DNA of 64,000 nucleotides from Eimeria praecox (Eukaryota): positions 5,394,001 to 5,458,000 of the forward strand of contig OY986946.1 of NCBI GenBank assembly GCA_963920595.1. The letters run 5' to 3'. Position numbers and translations under genes: made by a program. Shown here in pieces: positions 46,598 to 64,000 of the stretch (position 1 is its first letter; each line of letters starts with the position of its first letter). Below the pieces are notes generated by a model that was not told the origin of the DNA, ran no database searches, and saw only the letters and a list, made by a program, of their open reading frames with translations.

Positions 46598-48220
46598 TCC
46601 TCTTCAGAGGAGCCCCCTCTGGCTCCCCGAGGGATGATAACACCAACTTCTTCTGGGGGCCCCGGGGCCCCCACAAATAGCAATTCTACAGCAGCACCAG
46701 ATATATCACAGCAACAAGCAGCAGCAGCAGCAGCTGCTGCTGCTGCTGCTGCTGCTCCTGCTGCTGCTGCTGCTGCTCCCGAACAGTGGCAGCAAAGAGT
46801 CTCTGACTCTTGGCGACAGCTTGTCCCTAAGGGGGGAGGTGGGGGCCCAGGGGAGCCTTCGGGGGCCCGTCTATACACTGCAGCGGAGAGGAGACAGACA
46901 ACAGCCCTTGAGAGACAAGAGAGAGAGACAGAGTCTGTCCCCTCTGGGGGCCCCCCCCCTGCAGGGTCTCCTGTAGGCTTCAACAGTCCCGTAGGTACCG
47001 GTGGCCTGGCGTTTTCTTACGAAAAAGGGGCTATGGGGGCCCCCCAGGGGGCCTCCCTAGGGGCGCCATTAGGGGCCCCTCTGGGGGCCCCCCCAGGGGG
47101 CCCCCCAGGGGGCCCCCCAAGGGGCCCCTTAAGGGCCCCTAGGGCATCTATAGGACTGCCTGCTGTACCCTTGAGCCCCCGAGATTTCGCTGTAAGCCGC
47201 AGGTCTTCTCAGCAGGGGGCCTCCCGAAGAAGCAGCCGGGGGCCCCCAAAGGACCCTGTTGGAGAAGAAGGGGGCCCCCGGGGCCCCCCTATAGAAACAG
47301 AGAAGGGGAGGGGGCTGCTGCAGCAAGCAGCAGCAGCAGGCCTCAGAGGCGTCCCTTGCCCCAACTGTCACTTCGTAGTCCCCCTGCAGCACATAGTGCA
47401 ATATGCAGAGTGGCAAGTTAAACAAGGTAAGAACAGCTAGCTAGGTAGCTAGCTAGCTAGCTAGCTAGCTAGGTAGCTAGATAGCTAGCTAGGTAGCTAG
47501 CTAGGTAGATAGATAGATAGATAGCCAGCTAGCTAGACAGATGGGCGAGTACGTAGGGCCCTCCTTGTTATCTTTTAGTTTGCTTGAGAGACAGCTGCAA
47601 GCGCTGTTGGCTGCAGGGTTAGGTTAGCCTAGCTAGCTAGCTAGCTAGCTAGCCTGTAAGCTAGCCACCAGCTAGCTAGCTAGCTAGTTAGTTAGCCGGT
47701 TAGCTAACAAGCCCCACCAGCTAGCTAGCCTGTCAGCCACCTATCTATCTATCTATCAATCTATCTATCAATCAATCTATCAATCTATCTAGCTAGCTGG
47801 CTAGGGGCTAGACCAGCTGTGTGTTTCGTTGTATTATTCTCTGTGATGGTCTTTGCTGTGTCTCCTTGTATCTGTACAGCTATGCAGCTAAGAGGGAGAG
47901 ATTGGAAGGGGCCCCAGGCCCCTGCAGCCTCTCCTTCCTGGGGGCCCTCCTCACCTACGGGGCCCCCCTCTGTGTCTGGCAAGCCGACTGCAGCAGCAAC
48001 AACAGCAGCAGCAGCAGCAACAGGATGGGCCCCTCCCTATCCTGTTCCTTCTGGGGCACAGCAAGCTCCGGGGGCCCCCCTTCTGGCCGGGGGCCCCCCC
48101 TCCATAGGGGGCCCCTCTTTGCCTGGGGGGCCCCTCCGCGTGAATGGGGGTTGTATATGGGGTAGGGTACCCCCCTCCTTCCTCTCTAGTCCATTTAATG
48201 TGCACTCCTGGGCCCGATAA
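46051..48220 (+). CDS. Pro/Gly-rich hypothetical protein with a CxxC motif (~476 aa)
   Basis: Exons 46051-46239, 46526-47426 and 47880-48220 are phase-consistent with gtaag donors. Mostly low-complexity; one ordered-looking segment VPCPNCHFVVPLQHIVQYAEWQVKQ. Confidence 0.65.
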
Positions 48221-49427
48221 TTTTGAGGGGGGCCCCCCTGGGGGCCCCTAAAGATCTGGGGGCCCCTAAGGGCCCCTTAAGGGCCCCCTAAGGGTCTGGG
48301 GCCCCTCTAAGGATATGGGGACGCTATGGCCCCCCGCCCCCCCCCCGCCCCCGGGGGCCCCCCAAAGAGAGGTTTAGAGGCAGTGTGTACATACAACTGA
48401 GGCTGTAAAGGTGTCTGTTCGCTTGCTAGAGGGAGACAGAGACAGATATTATATATTAGAGGGGGGGAGAGAGAGAGAGAGACGAATATTATATATTAGG
48501 GGAGGAGACAGAGACATATATTATATATTAGGGGGGTAGGCGCAGATACACTCTGTAAGATGAAGTAGGATAGATAACCTCTCGCATGCATTCGCTGTCT
48601 ATACACCCGAAAAATAAACATTATTAAAGAGAGAGGCTTTGTTTCTTTTGATGCTGAGGTGTACGTACAGCTGAAGTTAAGGTTCTTTATACGCATGCAT
48701 ATTTGTTTTTTTTTATTGTTTTATTCTTTCTTAATTAATTAAGCTGAGCCCATCCTTCTGCTGTCTGCTGCAGAGATATATCTGGGGTGTACATGCAGCT
48801 TTGCTGTTTGATGCTCTTGAGGTGTACATACACCTCAGCTATATATAAAAAGATGAATTTCTGTTGCTTCTATGATACTACAGGATAAATATAAACTAAA
48901 AATATATATTTAAAAGAAAACAAACACACATCTAGTTGTAGGGCCCCCCCTACAAGCCTAGCCAGAGAGGGAGAAGGGGGAGGGGGGGGGCCCCCGGCAG
49001 AGCCCCTTGGGGGGCCCCCGCTGCTGTAGTATTTTTTTATGAGGGGGCCCCCTCGAGACAGTCTGCTGTTTAAGGAGACAGTAAATATAAATAATTATAA
49101 TCTTAAGACTTAACTGTTACAGCGTATCTCTTCGCTTTGTCTCCCTGGGGGCCCCCAAGGCCCTGTGGGGACGATAGGGGGCCCCTCCTCTAAAGCCTTT
49201 GAGGGCCCCTCTGCTCTATCGAGAGACACCTCCCCTCATAGTTGTTGCCTGCTGTATCTTCTCCTACTCGGCTGCAGCAGCAGCAAACCCCCAAGGTCTG
49301 TTCCTTGACGATAGCAACAGCAACAGCAGCAGCAGCAACAGCAGCAGCAGCAACAACAGCAGCAACACAAGCAGCACAAGCCGCAGGAATAGCAACAGCA
49401 GCAGCAGCAGTCTAGAGTGTCATTTGA

Positions 49428-49459
<32 letters not shown>

Positions 49460-49553
49460 GAGCAGCAGCTGCATGCAGCATATATACGCCTTGTGAGGGT
49501 CTATATGACTAAGGGGGGGGCCCCCCAGGGGCCCCCAGCTGTTTAATACTACC

Positions 49554-56260
<6,707 letters not shown>

Positions 56261-56295
56261 TTTGCTGCTGCTGCTGTACCCTCCACCCTCTGAAG

Positions 56296-56530
56296 GGCCC
56301 TCGGGGGGCCCCCTGGGGGCCCCTATAGGGGCCCACACCATCCCCCTAGGGCCCCCCTAGGGCCCCCCTTGTGCCCCTCTAGGGGCCCCCACCGTGCCTC
56401 TGGGGCCCCCCAAGGGCCCCCAGGGGCCCCCTAAGGGCCCCAAGGGGCCCCCTAAGGGCCCCCAGGGGCCTCCAGGGGCCCCTTAGTGACCCCTAGGGGG
56501 CCTCCAAGGGGCCCCCAGGGGGCCCCCTCA
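56296..56530. repeat. GGGGCCCC palindrome cluster
   Basis: Dense ggg(gg)ccc(cc) units downstream of the TAF6 stop; similar clusters through 46080-49760. Confidence 0.85.
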
Positions 56531-57588
56531 GCGTCCTTGAGTGTGTGTATGGGTTTTGGGGCTTTGGCGAAGGTACAGCGCATGCAGACAAACTCCGAAG
56601 GAGGAGGCTGTTTGAAAGGACAGGAGACAAAGGAGATAGTGAGGAGACAGTTGTATTTGTTTGTTTAATTTAATATATGAAAAGGAGACAGAAAAGAAAC
56701 AGAGAGAGAAGGAGACAGAGAGGAGACATAGTAAGCAATTTGTAAGGAGACAGATAGCTGTGTTTGTTTAATAGATAAGTGAGTTTGTTAGTTTTAATAG
56801 ACAGAAAAGATATAGAAAGGAGACAGAGAGGAGACAGAGAGGAGACAGAAAAGAGACAGAGAGGAGACAGAGAGGAGACAGAAAAGAGACAGATAGGAGA
56901 CAGAGAGGAGACAGAGAGGAGACAGAGAGGAGACACATTAAGGAGTTTGTTTTTATAGTATTTGTTCGTAGAATGTTTAAATAATATTTAATATATCTTC
57001 TTTACGTTTGTATTATTAAAGAAAGAAGAAAGAATGAGCTGTATGGCGAGCCAGAAATATCATAACAAAACCCTAAACCCTAAACCCTAAACCCTAAACC
57101 CTAACATGCGCTGCAGCAACCCTCGTTTAAAAGCAGCAACAACAATACGGGCTCAGGGTCTAGGGTTTAGGGTTTAGGGTTTATTTGGTTTGAGGGTTTG
57201 CTCTATGTCTTTAAGGCTTAGGGTCTAGGGTTTAGGGTCTAGGGTTTAGGGTTTAGGGTTTAGGGTTTGGGGTTGCTCTTCTCTTTCTATAAAAGACCTC
57301 TAAGGTGTATATACACCTGAAAAGATGTAGGCAGGTGTATAGTTAGTTGTGTGTTGTATTATAAGAAATAAAAATAAAATATAAACAAATAAAAAATATT
57401 AAACAAACAAAATAAAGAATAAAAATTATCTATCCTTTGTTTGTTTTTACTTTAAGAGCTAAGTCAAATAAATAATAAAACAAAACAAATAAATAAATTA
57501 AACATACTCAGAAATAAAATATAAAACAAATACAAATAAGATTATATATGTATGTATATATACACTTTATATAATCTTGCTTTTATTT

Positions 57589-57646
<58 letters not shown>

Positions 57647-57677
57647 AAATAAAAGCAATATATATATATATATATAT

Positions 57678-57774
<97 letters not shown>

Positions 57775-58119
57775 GTAGGTAGGGGCCCCTCCTACGAAGG
57801 GTACGAGTTTGTTTTTAACGGTTTTTTCTTCTTCTTTTTTTGCTTTTTTGTTTAATTTATATTTATAATTTGTTTAATTTTATATTTTGTCTCCTGTCTC
57901 CTTCTTTCTTCTAATTATTTCGTAACAGCCGGCAGCAGTAAGAATTGATGGGGGCCCCCCCCCTGTCCTTGGGGGCCCCCCTAATCTGTTTTGTATGGAC
58001 GGGGATATTTTTAATAAATTTTTTTTTCTTTAATTTGTTTGTTTCTTAGAAGGTCATTTATGCTTCATTTAATTATTAATACCCCCGTTCAGTGCAGCAG
58101 CAGCAGCAGCAGCAGCTGC

Positions 58120-58168
<49 letters not shown>

Positions 58169-58334
58169 GCAGCATGGCTATGTGGCAGTATTCAACAAAA
58201 TTTGCTGCATCTGTTTGTGTATTTTGTTTATTAAGTTTTAATTATATTATTCTTTTATATCTTTGAGAAGAATAATAAGATAAACAAAGAAAAAAAGCTA
58301 TAGAAAGATTGAGGTGTATAGGCAGCTGCAGCAC

Positions 58335-58653
58335 ATGAAAGAATATATGGGGGGCCCCTCGGGGGCCCCCTCTGAAGATACAGACGAAGCTACGTTTCCA
58401 GGGATATCTTTGCTGCAATTATGTTTGCTGCTGTGGCTCTCTCTATTTGCTGTTGCTGTTCTTATACGCTATGCTTTGCTGCTGCAGCAGCAGCAGCTAC
58501 CTGGAACTAGCAACTCAGCTAGTGCAGCAGCAGCAGCTGCTGCTGCTGCTGCTCTTGCTGCAGCAGCAGCAACAAAGGAAACATCGAAAGCTCAAATCCT
58601 TAAAGCCCATGCAGTTCTACTACGAGCTGTTATTAGAGAGGTTAGCAGCAGCA

Positions 58654-58686
<33 letters not shown>

Positions 58687-59198
58687 CACACTGCAGCAGC
58701 AGCAGCACACACTGCACCAGCAGCAACAGCAGCAGCAGCACCACCACCAACAGCAATAGCAGCAGCAGCACTAAAAGCAACAGCAGCAACAACAGCAGCA
58801 ACACAATAAACTGAAAGCACAGCACCTGTAGCAGCAGCAGCATCAGAAGCAGCCACACCATCAACACCACCAGCAACAGCAGCATCAGCAACAACAACAG
58901 CAGCATCAACAACAACAACAACAGCAGCAGCAGCAGGAGGATTGTGTGGGGTGTATGTTCAGGTGTCTCTAAACTATTGGGGGAAGTGTTTGTTGTTTAT
59001 AGAATGGTGTTTCTATTTTTTTTTATGTAAAGATAAAGAAGGACTCCAGGTGTACATACACCGCAAAAGAATAGATAAACATAAAGCTGTTGTGCTACAG
59101 AAAAAAAAAATTATATTTATTAGACACGGGCAAGTTAACCGTGATGCTGATGCTGCTGTTGTTGCTGCTGCTGCTGCTGTTGTTGTTGTTGCTGTCGT

Positions 59199-59229
<31 letters not shown>

Positions 59230-59246
59230 ATTAATGCTGCTGCTGC

Positions 59247-59286
<40 letters not shown>

Positions 59287-60312
59287 GCTGCTGCTGCTGC
59301 TGTTGTTATTGATGCTGCTGCTGCTGCTGTTGTTGTTGTTGTTGTTGTTGCTGCTGCTGCTGTTGTTATTGATGCTGCTGCTGCTGCTGTTGTCGTTGCT
59401 GTTGTTGTTATTGCTGCTGCTGTTGTTGTTGCTGCTGCTGCTGTTGTAGTTGCTGCTGGTGGTGCTGTTGTCGTTGGTGCTGTTGTTGTTGTTGCTGTTG
59501 CTGCTGTTGTTATTCCTGCTGCTGCTGTTATTGCTGCTGCTGCTGCTGTTGTTGTTGCTGTTGTTGTTGTTTCTGCTGTGGTTGTTGTTGTTGTTGCTGC
59601 TGTTATTGCTGCTGCTGCTGTTATTGCTGCTTGTGTTATTGCTGGTGCTGCTGTTATTGCTGCTGCTGCTGTTGTTGGTGTTGTTCTTGCTGCTGCTGCT
59701 GCTGCTGTTACTGCTGCTGCAGCAGCAATGACAGCATGTGCGTCTTGCTGCTGTCTATGCATCTTCTTGTTTGTTTTTTCTGTTTCTTTTTTTAATTATA
59801 AAATATCAAGAAGTAGATTTGTATGTTTTTGTGATTGCTTTGCTGCTGCTGTTGCTGCTGCTGTTGCTGCTGTTGCTGCTGCTGTTGCTGCTGTTGCTGC
59901 TGCTGGTTCTGTTGCTGCTGCTGTTGGTGCTGCTGCTGTTGCTGCAGGGAGTCTCTGTGGAATCTCTGTTTCAATCGTGGTGTATGTACAGCTCGATTTT
60001 TGCTGCGGCTGCTGCTGCTGCTGCTGTGTGAGTTGCTGCTGCTGTGGGACTTTGACTCTGTCTTCTTTGACTCTCCTCTATCAACTGCGGGGATAGAGCA
60101 GTCTCTAGCGATTAGACAGCTGCTGCATGCACTGACAGCAGAAACCCCACATGCTGCTGCTGCTGCTGCTGCTGCTAATACTGCTGCTGCTGCTGCTGCT
60201 GCAGCAGCAGCAGCAGCAGCAACAGCTGGAGAGAATGCAGCAGCAGAGCCAAATCAAGCAGAAGACGCCGCCAAAGGCAGCAGACAATTCGCTGCTGCTG
60301 CTGCACTGCAAA

Positions 60313-60352
<40 letters not shown>

Positions 60353-60729
60353 GCAGCAGCAAGACATGACACCGCCGCAAACTCCCCCAATAACCGGAAG
60401 ATGCTGCAGTGTACAGAAGGAGCAGCAGCAGCAGCAGCAGCAGCAACGTGTTCTCTTTCTAACGTCGAATTTGAGGTATTGCTCTGGCATTTAGCTGCTG
60501 CTGCTGCTGCTGCCTTTGCTGCTGCTGCTGCTGTTCTTGCTGCTGCTGCTTCAACCACAGCAGAATCTACAGCAGCACTAGCAGCCAACACCGCAGCAAG
60601 GATGCGGCGAAAGCAGCAGCAGCAACAGCAACAGCAGCAGCAACAGCAACAGCAGCAACAACAGCAACAGCAGCAGCAACAGCATCAGCAACAACAACAA
60701 GCATCAGCAACAACAACAAGCAGCAGCAA

Positions 60730-60776
<47 letters not shown>

Positions 60777-60922
60777 GCAGATGTGTGTTATCTGTTTGTT
60801 TGTTTAGGCGAGCGCATTCAACTTTGCTTCTATGCGGGAGTTCTTTGCTGCTGTCTGGAAGATGTAAAGCACGTGTCTCCTCCTCTTTGATGGTTAGGTG
60901 TCTCCTCATATATCAGAGACAG

Positions 60923-60953
<31 letters not shown>

Positions 60954-60968
60954 GATAGATAGATAGAG

Positions 60969-61021
<53 letters not shown>

Positions 61022-61589
61022 CAGAGAGAGAGAGACAGAGAGAAGAGACAGAGACAGAGAGAGGAGACAGAGACAGAGAGACAGAGAGAGAGAGGAGACA
61101 GAGAGAGGAGACAGAGACAGAGAGGGGAGACAGAGGGGGTCTCCTTTTGTTTATATGGAGGATATGTTTGTTTGTGTCTCTGTCTCTATCTCTCTGTCTC
61201 TCTTGGTCTCTCTCTGTCTCTTTCTCTCTGTCTCTTTGTCTCTGTGTCTCTCTCTCTCTCTCCCTTCTTACAATCTATCTCTCTCTGTCTATTACCATAT
61301 TAATTAATGAATATATAAATATAAATATAAATATATAAAATATAAAAATATAAAAACAAATATAAAAATATGAATATATAAAATATATTTGTTGTTATTT
61401 TTTGACTGTCTCCTCAGGAGACAACTCGAAATCCCGATGGCTTTCCGCTGTCTCCTCCTTTAAGGACCCCCAAGCCTTCTCGTCTAGATAGTATTATTTT
61501 GGGGTGTCTCTCCACCTCATTTACGGGGGCAGGGGGGCGGCCAGCAGCAGCAGCTGCTGCTGCAGCAGCAGCAGCAGCAGGAGGAGGAG

Positions 61590-61628
<39 letters not shown>

Positions 61629-63092
61629 CAGCGGATTCTATAGATCCCGCAGGAAATAGAGGAAGACCAGGCAGAAGCAGCAGACTATGGAGGAGACTGC
61701 TGCTGTTTGTTGAGGAGATAATGGGGAGACAGGAGGAGACAGTTGTTGCTGTGGGGCATAGCTGTTGGTTTATGCACTTCTTCAAGGCGTATGGTAATGT
61801 ATGTTTATATACTTACACCCACGTACTGTACATACACCCCAAACACCCCACACAGAGACACCCCAAATACACCCCACACAGAGACACCCCAAACACCCCA
61901 CACAGAGACACCCCAAATACACCCCACACAGAGACACCCCAAATGCACCCTACGCATATACACCCCAAAAACCCCACACATATACACCTCAAATACCCCA
62001 CACATGTACACCTCAACAGCAGCACAACACATAGACCCTAATAGCTGCATATACACCCTAGTAAACTGCCCATACACCCTAGCAAGCTGCACATACACCC
62101 GAACAGCTGCATATACACTCCAGCAAAACCCCACACTAGACATGCATACACCCGAATAGCTCTATTATTCTTCTGTCCCTTCACTATTATTCTGTCTCCT
62201 CTTTAAAATTTTTCTGTCTCCTCTTTATTATTTTTCTGTCTCCTCTTTAACATTCTTCCGTCTCCTCCTTTTTATATTCTTCTGTCTCCTCCTCCTACTT
62301 CTAGTGTCTCCTTCTACTTCTAGTGTCTCCTTCTAATTCTAGTGTCTCCTTCTACTTCTAGTGTCTCCTTTTTATTTCTAGTGTCTCCTTTATTTTATTT
62401 TTTATTTTTTTATTTTATTTTTTTTATTTTTTATTTTTTTTATTTTTTATTTGTTTATCTTCAGCCAGATTCTCCTCTTCCCGCTTCTCATCAGAAGCTG
62501 TCGAACTGCGGGGTCTTATCTCTCTGTCTCCTTCAACTACAGGTTAAATAAACCCTAAACCCTAAACCCTAAACCCCCAAACCCTAAACCCTAAACCCCT
62601 AAACCCTAAACCCTAAGAGTAATACTGCTAATGCCAGAGAAGGGACAGACAACTGCAGAGTCGGAGATACAGTCGAGCTATATAAACATGTAGTAATATA
62701 TGTTTGTATAAATATAAATAAATAAATAAATAAATATATACATAAATAAATAAATAAATAAATAAATTATATATATTATATTTGAAGGTTTCTTATGGTT
62801 TTGTATCTGTTAAGACAAGAAGCACTTAAGGGTGTGGGGGGAAGCTGAATGGGTGCAGCAACAGCAGCAGCAGCAGCAGCAGCTGCTGCTGCTGCTGTTG
62901 TTGTTGTTGCTGCTGCTGCAGTCTTAGCAGCCTAATTGTGTATTATTTGTCTATCAGTGTTGCTGCTGCTGCTGCTGCTGCTGCTGTCTCCTCTCTGCTG
63001 CTGTCTGTACACCGCAGGATAAGGAGACAGGCAAAATCGACTACTGCATCGACACAGACTCCGTCCGTCTCCTACATGGGCGCTTCGTATAA
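58335..63092 (+). CDS. Histidine phosphatase superfamily (phosphoglycerate mutase-like) protein with N-terminal TM segment (~539 aa)
   Basis: Exons 58335-58640, 58963-59129, 59948-60475, 60808-60892, 61418-61798, 62465-62542, 63018-63092. Motifs IIFIRHG|ESLWN, DSPLSTAGIEQ, TSNLR|RAHST, LM|ETTRNPD, VVAVGHSCWF, KLSNCGVL. TM-like segment ISLLQLCLLLWLSLFAVAVLIRY. Confidence 0.88.
59143..59720. repeat. Long (GCT/GTT)n triplet-repeat tract, intronic
   Basis: Representative of the CAG/CTG repeats found across the whole window; lies in intron 2 of the histidine phosphatase gene. Confidence 0.9.
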
Positions 63093-63380
63093 ACAAGCTG
63101 CTGCTGCAGCAGCAGCAGCAGCTGCAGCAGCAGCAGCAGCTGCTGCTGCTACTGCTGGTGGAGGTGCTGCAACAGCTACTGGTGCTGCAGCTCATGGTGA
63201 AGTTGCTGCTGTTGCTGCAGCAGCGGCAGCTCCTAGTGAAGTTGCTGCAACTGCTGCTGCAGCTGCAGCTAGTGCAGCAGCAGCGGCTGCAGCAGCAGCA
63301 ACAGCAGCTGCAGCAGCAGCAGCTGCTGCTGCTGCTAGGGACATTTACCCGTGGCACAGCCAGGGGAGAACTGCAAGAAC

Positions 63381-63478
63381 TCAAGGAGACAGCGCTCTTA
63401 TAAATGCTGACTTCCTGCTGCTGCTGCTGTTGCTGCTGCTTCTGTTGCTGCTGCTTTTGCTGCTACGACTTCTGCTGC

Positions 63479-63516
<38 letters not shown>

Positions 63517-63889
63517 TGTTGCTGTGGCTGGTTGAGCCTTCGTCGGACGCGTTGAAGTGTCTGCTGCAGCTGCAGCAGCTCATAGGGATATGTGTCTTGC
63601 TGCTGTTGCTGCAGCTGTTTCTGCTGCTGTTGCTGCAGCTGTTTCTGCTGCTGTTGCTGCAGCTGTTGCTGCTGCTGTTGCTGCTGCTTTACCGACGAAG
63701 GAAGCTCATCTGCAGCAGCAGAACCAACAGCAGCAGCGGCGTGCTGCAGTGTCTCCTCGAGCAGCAGCAGCTGCTGCTGCTGCAGCCGCAGCGGCGAGTG
63801 GCCCAGCAGCTGCAGCAGCGGGGCTCGCTGCAGCACCTGCAGCAGTTCTAGCAGCAGGCGACGCTCTGTTGCTGCCGTTGGCGGCGTCC

Positions 63890-63922
<33 letters not shown>

Positions 63923-63995
63923 TTCTTGCTGCTGCTGTTGCTGCTGCTGCATCCGCAGCAGTACGCAGCAGCAGCAAGAATGTCTGAGGCTTCAT
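63381..63995 (-). CDS. Probable terminal exon of a hypothetical Leu/Gln-rich protein entering from the right edge
   Basis: 204-codon ORF with non-repeat helical segments (TERRLLLELLQVLQRAPLLQLLG, DTYPYELLQLQQTLQRVRRRL) between CAG tracts; no recognisable domain. Confidence 0.45.
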
Positions 63996-64000
63996 TTGTG

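Noticed and set aside
59995..60045. Poly-Leu stretch inside the histidine phosphatase domain as a novel TM insertion
   Set aside because: Short, interrupted by charged residues and partly CTG-derived; cannot be separated from an ordinary amphipathic helix without an alignment.
58942..60096. 384-aa Val/Ala-rich ORF and the antisense Thr/Ala mucin-like ORF (59013-59762)
   Set aside because: Triplet-repeat intron lying between the two halves of the RHG motif.

Overview
Eukaryotic, intron-rich genomic DNA with the hallmarks of a coccidian apicomplexan, most likely Eimeria: pervasive CAG/CTG triplet repeats, interstitial telomere-like AAACCCT/TTTAGGG heptamers, TGCATGCA runs and GAGACA-rich introns. 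The species cannot be fixed from the sequence alone. Most long ORFs in the supplied track are repeat read-through artefacts, so genes were rebuilt by hand by joining splice sites with consistent codon phase. The window holds: a partial minus-strand gene (1-941); an EEP/neutral-sphingomyelinase-like phosphodiesterase (+, 4788-11130); an atypical Arf-like GTPase (-, 11921-17796); a 15-exon seven-TM MLO-like protein with an N-terminal ectodomain and C-terminal EF-hands (+, 22692-33315), the most striking gene and a candidate Ca2+-regulated channel; a FAM98-like protein with an RGG tail (+, 35505-41267); a predicted secreted orphan (+, 42621-44561); a Pro/Gly-rich orphan (+, 46051-48220); TAF6 (+, 49554-56260); a membrane-anchored histidine phosphatase/PGM-family protein with a probable GC-AG intron inside its RHG motif (+, 58335-63092); and a low-complexity minus-strand ORF at the right edge. 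A dispersed palindrome family, GGTGTAYRKACACC, recurs throughout, and a variant of it (GGGGTGTAYGYDCAG) forms five predicted 3' splice sites. All family assignments come from motif recognition, not database searches.
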